Program-made: the position numbers and the translations under genes
Part shown: in pieces, positions 46,268-55,611 of the stretch
How positions within the stretch are numbered: the stretch's first letter is position 1
Layout of the letters: the number at the start of each line of letters is the position of its first letter
Notes under the pieces: generated by a model
What the model was told of the DNA's origin: nothing
The model's input: the letters and a program-made list of their open reading frames with translations, nothing else
Database searches by the model: none
Origin: an uncultured Dehalococcoidia bacterium
GTDB taxonomy: Bacteria; Chloroflexota; Dehalococcoidia; Lucifugimonadales; GCA-2712585
NCBI GenBank assembly: GCA_958295715.1
Contig: OY282371.1
Span: forward strand, 2,175,697 to 2,239,696
DNA length: 64,000 bases
Direction of reading: 5' to 3'

Positions 46268-46864
46268 GTGGCAGACGCCCTACTAACTCACCTGGCAAAC
46301 GTCCTTTCAAGCCGCCGCGCAAGGTCCCTGGACGCGCCCGGCGTGAATCCCGCCGCCGTGCTGCTGCTTATCTACCCCAAGAACGGCTCCTACTACATCC
46401 ACATGCAAAAGCGCGCCCGTCACCTGGACCAGCACGCCGGCGAGGCCTGTTTCCCCGGCGGCTCCCCGGAGGCCGACGACAGGGACCTGCTGGACACCGC
46501 CCTCCGCGAGGCCCACGAGGAGGAGGCCATACGCCCGGGGGACGTGACCGTTCTGGGCCGGCTTAACGACACGCCCACCCGCACGGGGTACTCGATAAAG
46601 GTATTCGTTGGAACCATCCCCCACCCCTACGACTTCAAGCCCAACCCCAGGGAGGTCGAGGAGGTGGTGGAAGTGCCCCTGAAGGCCCTCCAGAACCCCG
46701 CCAACTGGCGGGAGGAGGCCCGGTGGCGGCAGGACGGGGTCAGCGCGTCCTACGCCTACGCCTTCGGCCCCCACATCATCTACGGCGCCACGGCCAACAT
46801 CATTCGGGAGTTCTTGGAGGTGATTGAGGTGATAGATGGCGTCAACGGGAACCGGGGGGCCTGA
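46268..46864 (+). CDS. Nudix hydrolase, CoA pyrophosphatase type
   Basis: Nudix box ...REAHEEEAI preceded by a ...HAGEACFPGG NuCoA-like motif. Confidence 0.75.
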   Translation: MADALLTHLANVLSSRRARSLDAPGVNPAAVLLLIYPKNGSYYIHMQKRARHLDQHAGEACFPGGSPEADDRDLLDTALREAHEEEAIRPGDVTVLGRLNDTPTRTGYSIKVFVGTIPHPYDFKPNPREVEEVVEVPLKALQNPANWREEARWRQDGVSASYAYAFGPHIIYGATANIIREFLEVIEVIDGVNGNRGA

Positions 46865-49800
46865 CTTGGAGCGGAACATCGCGCCGGAACTCCGAGAGCA
46901 GCTTGAAGGCCTTCCCGCCTCCTTTCAGAAGGAGTTCGACGCCGCCGCCACCACCCTGAGCTTCATCTTCAACGAGGAGGAGTTGGACGCCTGGGCCAAG
47001 GAGGCCCTGTCCATATCCACCCACACGGCCAGGTCCTGGGAGGCCGGGGTCGAATATCTCAAGGTAAGCGGCGCGGTGGCCAAGCGCCTGTCCTTCGCAT
47101 CCTTCACCCAGTGGGCCAGGTGCGGGGCCTATCTGTCCAACGACTCGCCCACCCTGGCCGTCGCCTACTTCAGGGCCAGCCCCGACATCGTGGCCAACCT
47201 GCGGCCCCAGCACATAGCGCGCTGGGCCAGCCTGGGCCGCTCCATGTACAAAGGCACCTGGAAATCCAGCGGCCTGGCCTCCAAGTTCTTCGAGGTCAGC
47301 CCTTCCCTGGCCCGCAACCTCTCCTTTTGGGACGTGGAGGTGTTCGCCGGACTCATCGAGGGCCTCTCCGCCAAGTCCTACGACCTGGCCACCGAATGCC
47401 TGGTCCTGGGCAGCGACGCCCTATCCGGCATGTCGCGGGAGCGGGAACCCTTCCTATCCCTATGCCGCGCCCTAACGGACACCGGATGGCGCGAGGTGAA
47501 GGCCTGTTTTCAGGTTGTGGGAAAGGCCCTGCCCCTGGTGGAGGAGAGCCAGAAGAGCCGCTTCCTGCGCTTGGCGGAGCGCCTGGCCCGCGAGGGGTCG
47601 CGGGAGACCTCGGCATTCCTGGTAAGCGGCTCAACGGCCCTGGGCAAGATAAAGCCCCAGGACCAGCAGCGCATCCTGGACCTGTGCGACTCCCTGCTCA
47701 CCGTATCGCCGCCGGCGGTCCACGCCTTCCTCCACAGCCTGGACTCGGTCCTCTCACGGATAACCATGGCCCAGCTGGACACCTGGTTCGAACGGGGCGC
47801 CCGCCTCATACGGGAGAACCCGGAGGGCGGGCTAGCCTACTTCCGGGTGGAGTCCGCCACCTCCGAAGAGGTCATCGAGGGCCTCTCCTCCAGCCTGGAG
47901 TTGGAGCGGGTCAAGGGCGTTCTCATGCTCTACTGCCGCGCCCTGTCGGGGGCCGACGTAGAGGTCACCGAAAGCGATAAGCTGGTGCACAAGGGCATCG
48001 GGTGGGTCTCGGAGGGTCACGCCACCACCGAGGGCACCAAGGTATATCTTCCCCTCATCATAGACCGCTACCCCACCAAGGGCGACAACTTCGGCTGGTA
48101 CAAGGTGGTGTCCACCCACCAGGTGGCCCACATAGAGTTTGGCAGCTTCCTATTCGCCTTCGAAAAGCCCTCCAACCTCTTTCAAGACGCCAGGTTGGAT
48201 AGGGAGAAGGCCCTGCTCTCCACCGTTACGGAAGACCTTGAGATGAAGGCCCTCCAGCGGGGCGCCGAGAAGAACTGGGTCACCGACATGAGCCGCTACT
48301 TCTCCCTCTTCACCGATAGGAAGCTGGCCCTAGACGTGTTCACCCTCATGGAGGACGGGCGGTTGGACTTCAGGGTGAAGGGCGAATACCCCGGCATCAA
48401 GGGCTTCTACGGCCGCGTTCAGGAAGGGGCGTTAGAAGGCCGGCCATCCATCCGGGAACTGCCCCTGCGCCAAGCCCTAGTGGAGTTGCTGACGCGCTTC
48501 AGCATGGACCAGCGCCGGGGCCTTCCCACCCCCAAGCGGTACGCCAAGGCGGCCCGCGCCCTGGCCAAGATTCAGAACCGCCTCCGCAGCCCCGAGGCCA
48601 CGGTGGAAGACACCGCCGAGGCCACCCTCCGGGCCTACGACGTCCTATCCCGCGTCCCCAACGAGCGCGAGCCTGAGGAGGAGTGGGAAAATCAGGACTT
48701 CGACGCCGAGGAGGAGTTCTCCGAGGAGGAGTTGGCGGAGCTAATCAAGGAGATGGGGCCCGTTCCACAGGAGGGTTCCATGGAGCAGGAACCCTACGAG
48801 TCCCCGGAGGAGATCGACTACCGCGGCGACTTCAAGCCGGAACTGGTGCAGACCCTGAACCGGATGCGCTCCGGGCAAACGGGGGAGAGCGAGGAGGGAA
48901 CGGGGGGCCTCACCCAGGAGATGTTGGAGGAGATGCTGCGGCAGAGCGCCGAGTTGGGAACGGAGCAGGAGGGCGAGGGCATGGAGACCTTCGCCCAAAA
49001 CCTGATGAAGGAGGCCGGCGTGACTTCGCCCATGGCAAGCCCCGGCCAGGGCTACGGCCCCATGGTTCACGTGGACGAGCAGGGCGGCTCCCTGGAGGCC
49101 CGGGAGCCGAAGACCTACGTCTACGACGAGTGGGACTTCCGCGCCGTGGACTACAAGCCCAAGTGGTGCATCGTCCGGGAGAAGACCGTTGACGAGGGCG
49201 ACCTCCGGTTCTTCGGAGACACCATGCGCAACTACGCCCCCCTCATCAACGACGTGCGCCGCCAGTTCGAGTTGGTGATACCCGAGAGCTTCCGGAAGGT
49301 GCGCCGCCAGCCCGACGGCGACGAGTTCGACCTGGACGCCTCCGTTGAGGCCATGATAGACCGCCGCTCCGGCATCACCCCGTCGGAAAAGGTCTACTGG
49401 TTCCGCAACAAGCAGGAGCGGGACGTGGCCGTGGTCTTCCTGCTGGACATGAGCGCGTCCACCGCCGAGGCCATCGACGAAGGACGCCCCACCCCGGGCG
49501 ACCAGGACGCCCCGGATGACCCGGTGGAGTACATGATGTGGCTAAGGGCGCGCAGAGAGGGCCTTGTGCAGCGGCGCTACAAGCGCATCATCGACTTGGA
49601 AAAGGAGGGCGTGGCCCTTCTCCTCCAAGCACTAGAGTCCATCGGCGACGTCTACGGCGTGTACGGCTTCTCCGGCTACGGCAGGGAGAACGTGGAGTTC
49701 TACGTGATAAAGGACGTGGATGAGCGGTTTTCCGACGCCGTTAAGAAGCGCATCGACAAGATAAGCCCCCTCCACGCCACCCGCATGGGGCCGGCCATAC

Positions 49801-50108
49801 GCCACGCCACCGCCAAGCTGGAGCGGCAGGAGGCCAAGACCAAGATATTGTTCCTCATCAGCGACGGCAGGCCCCAGGACCGGGGCTACAGCCGCGAGGG
49901 GGTTGAGAAGGAATACGCCGTGCACGACACCCACATGGCCTTGGTGGAGGCCCGCCGGCTGAACATCTCCCCCTTCTGCCTCACCGTGGACAAGTCGGGC
50001 CACGACTATCTGAAGGCCATGTGCGGCGACGTGGGCTATGAGGTGCTGGAGGACATCTGGACCCTGCCCCAGCGCCTCCCGCAGTTGTACCGCAAGCTGA
50101 CCATATAG
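46836..50108 (+). CDS. Large CbbO/NorD-like protein with C-terminal von Willebrand factor A domain
   Basis: 1090 aa. The C-terminal VWA domain has a MIDAS motif LLDMSAST and ISDGRPQD. The central region resembles NorD/CbbO (YFRVES..., HQVAHIEFGSF). An acidic low-complexity insert sits around residues 620-720. It overlaps the Nudix gene by 29 nt. Confidence 0.8.
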   Translation: MASTGTGGPDLERNIAPELREQLEGLPASFQKEFDAAATTLSFIFNEEELDAWAKEALSISTHTARSWEAGVEYLKVSGAVAKRLSFASFTQWARCGAYLSNDSPTLAVAYFRASPDIVANLRPQHIARWASLGRSMYKGTWKSSGLASKFFEVSPSLARNLSFWDVEVFAGLIEGLSAKSYDLATECLVLGSDALSGMSREREPFLSLCRALTDTGWREVKACFQVVGKALPLVEESQKSRFLRLAERLAREGSRETSAFLVSGSTALGKIKPQDQQRILDLCDSLLTVSPPAVHAFLHSLDSVLSRITMAQLDTWFERGARLIRENPEGGLAYFRVESATSEEVIEGLSSSLELERVKGVLMLYCRALSGADVEVTESDKLVHKGIGWVSEGHATTEGTKVYLPLIIDRYPTKGDNFGWYKVVSTHQVAHIEFGSFLFAFEKPSNLFQDARLDREKALLSTVTEDLEMKALQRGAEKNWVTDMSRYFSLFTDRKLALDVFTLMEDGRLDFRVKGEYPGIKGFYGRVQEGALEGRPSIRELPLRQALVELLTRFSMDQRRGLPTPKRYAKAARALAKIQNRLRSPEATVEDTAEATLRAYDVLSRVPNEREPEEEWENQDFDAEEEFSEEELAELIKEMGPVPQEGSMEQEPYESPEEIDYRGDFKPELVQTLNRMRSGQTGESEEGTGGLTQEMLEEMLRQSAELGTEQEGEGMETFAQNLMKEAGVTSPMASPGQGYGPMVHVDEQGGSLEAREPKTYVYDEWDFRAVDYKPKWCIVREKTVDEGDLRFFGDTMRNYAPLINDVRRQFELVIPESFRKVRRQPDGDEFDLDASVEAMIDRRSGITPSEKVYWFRNKQERDVAVVFLLDMSASTAEAIDEGRPTPGDQDAPDDPVEYMMWLRARREGLVQRRYKRIIDLEKEGVALLLQALESIGDVYGVYGFSGYGRENVEFYVIKDVDERFSDAVKKRIDKISPLHATRMGPAIRHATAKLERQEAKTKILFLISDGRPQDRGYSREGVEKEYAVHDTHMALVEARRLNISPFCLTVDKSGHDYLKAMCGDVGYEVLEDIWTLPQRLPQLYRKLTI

Positions 50109-50194
50109 CCGGGGCGCCCTCCCGCCGCGCGTCTCCGATTCCGTTACGCAAATCGTTGACTACGCCCATTTAGCGCCGGGATACGCCTGAAAAC

Positions 50195-50223
50195 TTGACG
50201 CAAGCCGTCCATCTAGCTATAAT
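50195..50223 (+). promoter_or_regulatory. Consensus sigma70 promoter (TTGACG-17-TATAAT)
   Basis: Read directly. It is followed by a leader of about 65 nt with a GCGCCGT...ACGGCGC hairpin before the CDS at 50290. Confidence 0.55.
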
Positions 50224-50289
50224 ACCCCGCGCTGAAACACCCGATGCGCCGTCCAAAACGGATAAGGAACGGCGCGTCCCCAATGGCAG

Positions 50290-51021
50290 GTGATTATGTC
50301 CATTATAACCGTTGACGGGTACAGAGGAAGCGGAAGCACGGAGATTGGCACGAGAGTGGCCGAGGCCCTCAACGCCAACTACATAGACAGGCTCTTGCTG
50401 CGGAAGGCGGCGGAACGGGTCCAGGCCCCCATGCGGGAGTTCGTCGGCAGGATGGGCCGCGACCATCATCCCCCCAAGGGAATCAAGCACAAGATTCAGA
50501 GGTTTCTGGAACGCTGGGTCGACCTCTACTCAAAGAACTCCATCTACGTGAACCCGTGGGAGGGCTTCGCCTTCTTGGGCCACAACGGGGAGCTTGACGA
50601 GGAGTTGGCCAAGGCCGCGAAAATACCGTCGCGATTCGTCGACGACCACCGCTTCATAACGGCCATCGGCGCCGCCCTCCACGAGATGGCGGAGTCCGAC
50701 AACCTGGTCATCGTGGGCCGGGGCGGATGTTCCCTGCTAAAGAAGCTGCCCAACGCCCTGCACATCGGCTTGGCGGCGCCCTACGGGACCCGGGTCATCC
50801 GCAACATGCGCAAGCACCGCTTCACCGCCTTGGAGGCCGCCAAGTTCACACGAGACACCGACTCGGCGCGGCGCAAGTTCTACCGCAAGTTCTTCGCCAC
50901 GACCCCGGACAACCCCTCGCTATACACCCTGTCCCTCGACACCACGTCCCTGCACCCCGACCTGGCCAAGGACCTAATCGTGTCCAGGGCCTCCGTCCTG
51001 GCCGACAACAGACAGAACTAG
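50290..51021 (+). CDS. Cytidylate kinase-like family protein (P-loop NTPase-like)
   Basis: 243 aa. The N-terminal ITVDGYRGSGSTEIG is a glycine-rich loop similar to the cytidylate kinase-like family. The start may be the ATG at 50296. Confidence 0.55.
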   Translation: MIMSIITVDGYRGSGSTEIGTRVAEALNANYIDRLLLRKAAERVQAPMREFVGRMGRDHHPPKGIKHKIQRFLERWVDLYSKNSIYVNPWEGFAFLGHNGELDEELAKAAKIPSRFVDDHRFITAIGAALHEMAESDNLVIVGRGGCSLLKKLPNALHIGLAAPYGTRVIRNMRKHRFTALEAAKFTRDTDSARRKFYRKFFATTPDNPSLYTLSLDTTSLHPDLAKDLIVSRASVLADNRQN

Positions 51022-51184
51022 CCCCTCCGCCAGGATGGCCGGAACCGCCGCGGCATTACCCCGCGCAGAGTGTTCGCTTGACCATTATGAGCGGCGACGT
51101 CCGATGCCGCGCGCATAGGGGCTAAGCCGCCACGCTTCTTGGGTTCCTTTGCGGAACCGCGTTGCCACGTTGCCACACACCTGT

Positions 51185-51940
51185 CCGTCATTCCCGCGCA
51201 GGCGGGAAGGGCGCGTGCGCCCACTTTGTTTTGAAGAGTGTTGGCTCTGAGTGGGGGGCTTCGGCTTCCCGCCCCCATTCCGTCATTCCCGCGCAGGCGG
51301 GAAGGGCGCGTGCGCCCACCTAGTTTTGAAGAGCGTTGGCTCTGAGTGGGGGGCTTCGGCTTCCCGCCCCCATTCCGTCATTCCCGCGCAGGCGGGAATC
51401 CAGGAACCCCACATCCCCAAGTCACCGCCGCAAACCCCGACGTCAATCCGTGGGGGCGGCCCTAGCCGGCGCCCTCTCTCCCTTCCACCGCAAGACCACC
51501 CACCCCTTATCGTGAACCGCGCCCTCTTATCCGTCATTCCCGTGAAAACGGGAATCCAGGAACCCTACATCACAGAACCGGCGCCTCAAGCCCCGGCGCC
51601 AACCCGTAGGGGAGTCCCTAGTCGGCGCTGCCCGCTCTTGGCGCGTTGTTGCGCGGTTGCCCCGTAGCAACCGAGGTAAGAAAGATGGATTCCCGCCTGC
51701 GCGGGAATGACGGAATGGGGGCGGGAAGCCAGGGTTAGTCGGGCGTTATGCCCCCACTCTTGGCGCGTTGTTGCGCGGTTCCCCTGTCACAACGGCGGTA
51801 AGAAAGATGGATTCCCGCCTGCGCGGGAATGACGGAATGGAGGCGGGAAGCCGAAGCCCCCCACTCAGAGCCAACGCTCTTCAAAACAAAGTGGGCGTAC
51901 GCGCCCTTCCCGCCTGCGCGGGAATGACGGAATGGGGGCG
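51185..51940. repeat. Large cluster of palindromic mosaic repeats (7 palindrome copies; 95-nt and 122-nt tandem units; inverted arms)
   Basis: A 95-nt unit starts at 51185, 51280 and 51375. Its reverse complement occupies 51836-51930. A 122-nt unit repeats at about 51637 and 51759. Confidence 0.9.
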
Positions 51941-51965
51941 GAGGGGGCAGGGAGCGGGGGGAGGG

Positions 51966-53195
51966 CTACAGGTCCTTCAGCAGTCTGCACAGCTCCACCA
52001 ACACGGTGGTGACGGAGCGGTACTTGACCACGGCGCGCCGCGGCGGCAGGCGCAGGGCCACGTTCTTCACCCGCGACTCCAGGCTTATGGCCGCAAAGAC
52101 GGTCCCGACGGCCTTGCCCTCCTGCTCCGCCGGCCCCGCGACACCGGTTATCCCCACGCCGATGTCGGCGTTCAGGCCTCGCCGGGCGGCCTCGGCCATG
52201 GCCACGGCGGTCTCCGGGCTTATGGCGCCGTGGGCCTCTATCACCTCCGGCGGCGCGCCGTTGGCGATCTTGGCCTCGCTGCTGTAGGCGACTATGCCGC
52301 CGCGGAAGTAGCCGGAGCTTCCCGGCTCGTCGGTAATGTTGCTGGCCAGCAGTCCGCCGGTGCACGACTCCATGGTGGCCAGGGTCAGCCCCTTCTCAGT
52401 CAGGGCCTGGGCCAAGGCCCGTTCCGGGGTGTCGTCGTCGTAGCCCCACACGTGGGGGCCCATAATGGCGACAATGCCCTCCTCCACGGGGCGCATCAAC
52501 TCCCGCGCCTCCTCCTCCGTCGCGCCCCGGCCGATTATCCGGAGGTGAATGCCGTCGTGCTTGGCGTATATGCCCAGGTAGGGGTTGTCGGACTCGCAGT
52601 ACCGGGCGACCCGCTCGGCGACGTCCGCTTCCCCCAAGTCGGTGGTCTTGATATTGCGGGTGATAATCACCTGGCCCGTCACCCGGCCCTTCAGCTTGGG
52701 CGACACCTGATGCGTCCAGATATTGGTCATCTCCCCCGGCGGGCCGGGCATGGCGATAACCAGCTTGCCGCCCTTCTCCACCCACCACCCGGGGGCGGTG
52801 CCCTGGTTGTTGGGGATGACGTCGGCTGAGGGAATAAGGGTGGCCTGCTTCTTGTTTCGTGGCGGCATGGGGGCGCCGCGATACCGGAACCACGCCTCTA
52901 GGTCCTCCAGCAAGGCCGGGTCAACAGTCATCTCCTCGCCCAGGGCCAAGGAGATGGCCTCTCTGGTGAGGTCGTCCTGGGTGGGGCCGAGACCGCCAGT
53001 GGAGAAGACCACGTCCGCGCGGCCCAGGGCCTGGGTGAAGGCCGCGGCCAAGGCGTTCAGGTCGTCGCCGACCTGGGACATCCGCTGGATGGTCACGCCC
53101 AGGGCCGGGGCCTTGGACGCTATGTAAACGGAGTTGGTGTCCGTTAGCTCCCCCATGAGGAGTTCGGTGCCTATGGACAGAATCTCGCCCTTCAC
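51966..53195 (-). CDS. cinA: CinA family protein (molybdopterin-binding domain plus nicotinamide-nucleotide amidohydrolase PncC domain)
   Basis: EILSIGTELLMGELTDTNS N-terminus and a C-terminal CinA domain (ESCTGG). The GTG at 53195 is preceded by GGGAGG at 8 nt. Confidence 0.88.
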   Translation of the reverse strand: MKGEILSIGTELLMGELTDTNSVYIASKAPALGVTIQRMSQVGDDLNALAAAFTQALGRADVVFSTGGLGPTQDDLTREAISLALGEEMTVDPALLEDLEAWFRYRGAPMPPRNKKQATLIPSADVIPNNQGTAPGWWVEKGGKLVIAMPGPPGEMTNIWTHQVSPKLKGRVTGQVIITRNIKTTDLGEADVAERVARYCESDNPYLGIYAKHDGIHLRIIGRGATEEEARELMRPVEEGIVAIMGPHVWGYDDDTPERALAQALTEKGLTLATMESCTGGLLASNITDEPGSSGYFRGGIVAYSSEAKIANGAPPEVIEAHGAISPETAVAMAEAARRGLNADIGVGITGVAGPAEQEGKAVGTVFAAISLESRVKNVALRLPPRRAVVKYRSVTTVLVELCRLLKDL

Positions 53196-53282
53196 CCGTT
53201 CAGCCTCCCTAGAGATTCTTGTGGAATTCCCCGTGAGGGACAACGCCCCGCGCGGTGGGCCTTTGCCGACGCCTCCAAGGGG

Positions 53283-53834
53283 CTAGCCGCCCTCAGCGGG
53301 GTAGGGAGGCTCGGTGAGGAGCCTGGTAATCACGTCGACCCAGGAGGAGTGGACGATGTACAGCAGTTCCGAGCCCGTCACGTTGGTGTAGTAGCCGTCT
53401 TCGGTGGGCGTCAAGTCCCCGATGTTAACCTCTATGCGCTGGCCGATGTTGGTGGTCAGGTTGATGCGGCTGCGGGGCGGGTCGATGCCGTAGGACGCCC
53501 GGCTGCCCAGGTCCTCCTCGCTCTCCGACAGGTTGGTGGACACCGCCGGCCCGCCGAGCAGGGACGGGATGCCGCCCCACCTATCCACGTCCACCGGCGT
53601 GTTCTCGCCCCCCTCCGGGTCCTGAATGAACCACACATCCTCCCCGTGAATAAAGGTTATCGAGTCGTCGCCCCGGCTTATGGTCACGTCGGCAATCTCG
53701 GAGCTGCTTATCCTGTAGAGGCGGTCGGACCGCTTGGGGGCGTCTTCCTCAGACCTCAGGACCTGGGTCACCGCCACCAGACCTCCCACCAGCACAAGCA
53801 GCACTATCAGCACAATGGTAACTCTTACGCTCAT
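53283..53834 (-). CDS. DUF4340-like protein (auxiliary component of the GldG-type ABC system)
   Basis: 183 aa with an N-terminal TM anchor. Its position after a GldG-like gene is the usual context. The family assignment is from memory of that context. Confidence 0.5.
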   Translation of the reverse strand: MSVRVTIVLIVLLVLVGGLVAVTQVLRSEEDAPKRSDRLYRISSSEIADVTISRGDDSITFIHGEDVWFIQDPEGGENTPVDVDRWGGIPSLLGGPAVSTNLSESEEDLGSRASYGIDPPRSRINLTTNIGQRIEVNIGDLTPTEDGYYTNVTGSELLYIVHSSWVDVITRLLTEPPYPAEGG

Positions 53835-53849
53835 AGACGGGCCTGCTCC

Positions 53850-55610
53850 TTAGCGCCGCCTCCACCAGACGAAGACCCCCGCCGCGCCCATGAGGACGGG
53901 GAGGAGGAACCAGCTGGTGTAGCGGATAACGTCGAACTCGTTGGGTGTGGCCAGCAACTCCCGGCGCGGGACCAGCTTGGGCCTGATGTTGATTAGGGCC
54001 ACGTCGCCGGCCAGGTGGTTCACCGAGTTCAGGAACAGGTCTCCGTTGCTGGCGCTGTTGAAATGCTCGTTGGTGGCGAAGTCCGAGTCCCCGATGACAA
54101 TCAGAGAGGAGCGTTCCAGGCCTTCAGCCTCAAGGGGCGGCTCCTCGTCAACAGGCCCGTAGGCGTCCACGAGGGCCGCGGCGAAGAAGGGGCCGGCCGT
54201 GTCCACGTCTTCGTCCGGCTCGGTCCTGCCGGGGTCTTCAATTAGCCAACTGCTGCCGGAGGTCACCGCCAGGCCGACGGGTGAAATGAGCGGGTAGTCC
54301 TGCCCCCCAACCTGAAAGGTGGGCGGCTGGTCGAAGGCCGGGGTCAGGGAGGTGACGCCCGGGAAAAAGGTCCTGCCAAGAACCCGCGTCAACTCGTAGC
54401 CGGGGTTGTGCTGGCTGATGAAGGGCGTCCTCTCCTCACCGATAAAGGCCTCTTGATCCACGATGCTGCCCTTGCCCAGGGTCATCCCCCACGTGGCGAG
54501 GAACTCCCTGAAGCTGTCGGGGGTCTCCGGGTCTAGGAGGAGGAGCATCCTGCCGCCGTCCTTCAGGTAAGCGGTAAGGGCCTCCGCCTCGTCGGGGAGC
54601 AGGTTCTTTTGAGGTCCCGCGATTACGATAAGGGTGGGGGACACCTCGTTGGGGTTGGGGTCGGCCTCCCCCGCCTGGGCCTCTCCGCTCTCCCTGGGCA
54701 CGATTCGCTGGCTTTGCAGGTCTAGGGAATGCACCTGGTAGTTCTCGGCCAGCAGGGCCTCGGCGGCCAGGTAGTAGCCGCTATCCTCGGCTTGGGAGCT
54801 GGGGTTCCGCTCTCCATGCCCCACCAGGAAGTATGCGCCCTTCTCCTCGGCGCCGGTCACCACCAGCAGGGGCGTGACGAACTCCCGCTCCAGGGCGGGA
54901 TGGGAAATATACTGGTCGGGCTGGCCTTCCACCGGGTTGCCGGGGATGAAGCCCGCGCCGACGACCACGTCGGAGATGCCCGACTCCTGGCCGACGAAGG
55001 CCACCTGCCCGTGCTGGTTGACGCCGTAGTCCCTGGCCAGGGCCGGTTCCACGTCAAGGTTCACCACCCGGTAGGAGAACCGGTCTGAGCGGACGTCGAG
55101 CTCATGGAGCATGTTGTCCACCGTCTCCAACGACGCCTGCTGGGTCAAGTCGTTGGCGTCAAAGAAGGCCAGGGCCTCCACCCCCTGATTAAGGTTCTCA
55201 AGGATTTCTACGGTTCGGGGGGCCAGAGAGAACTGCCTGGTGCTGGTGACGTCCCACCGGCCCGGGTTGTCGAAGGCCACAAAGTTCAGGATGGCCGCTA
55301 TGCCTATGAAGGCGGTAATCATAAGGGCGGTGTTGGCCCCGTAGCGGCCGCGGCGGCCCGTAACCGACTCGGCCACCGCCCGGCGGGAGGAGATCAGGGC
55401 CATTATCAGAAGGACCAGCCCCAGGCCCAACAGGATGTACCCGAACAGCCGCCCGTTGGAGAAGGTTACGAGGAGCACAAGGCCAACGGCCAGGCTGAGG
55501 AGGCCGAGCAGTCCGGCGGCGGCGCTCAGGGTTCCCAGGTCGCGGCCTATGCCCCTAACGGCGTCCAGCATGGTGCCGGTCATCTCCTGGTCTTCCGGCC
55601 GGCGGCTCAA
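53850..55610 (-). CDS. GldG-like ABC transport system auxiliary protein
   Basis: 586 aa with N- and C-terminal TM segments flanking a large extracytoplasmic domain. It follows ABC-2 permease and ATPase genes. Confidence 0.6.
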   Translation of the reverse strand: MSRRPEDQEMTGTMLDAVRGIGRDLGTLSAAAGLLGLLSLAVGLVLLVTFSNGRLFGYILLGLGLVLLIMALISSRRAVAESVTGRRGRYGANTALMITAFIGIAAILNFVAFDNPGRWDVTSTRQFSLAPRTVEILENLNQGVEALAFFDANDLTQQASLETVDNMLHELDVRSDRFSYRVVNLDVEPALARDYGVNQHGQVAFVGQESGISDVVVGAGFIPGNPVEGQPDQYISHPALEREFVTPLLVVTGAEEKGAYFLVGHGERNPSSQAEDSGYYLAAEALLAENYQVHSLDLQSQRIVPRESGEAQAGEADPNPNEVSPTLIVIAGPQKNLLPDEAEALTAYLKDGGRMLLLLDPETPDSFREFLATWGMTLGKGSIVDQEAFIGEERTPFISQHNPGYELTRVLGRTFFPGVTSLTPAFDQPPTFQVGGQDYPLISPVGLAVTSGSSWLIEDPGRTEPDEDVDTAGPFFAAALVDAYGPVDEEPPLEAEGLERSSLIVIGDSDFATNEHFNSASNGDLFLNSVNHLAGDVALINIRPKLVPRRELLATPNEFDVIRYTSWFLLPVLMGAAGVFVWWRRR

Positions 55611-55611
55611 C

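Noticed and set aside
48690-49030. The acidic Glu/Asp-rich segment of the 1090-aa VWA protein considered as a separate gene or a repeat element.
   Set aside because: - It is in-frame and continuous with the flanking NorD/CbbO-like and VWA regions.
- It has no nucleotide-level tandem periodicity.
- It is best explained as a low-complexity linker.
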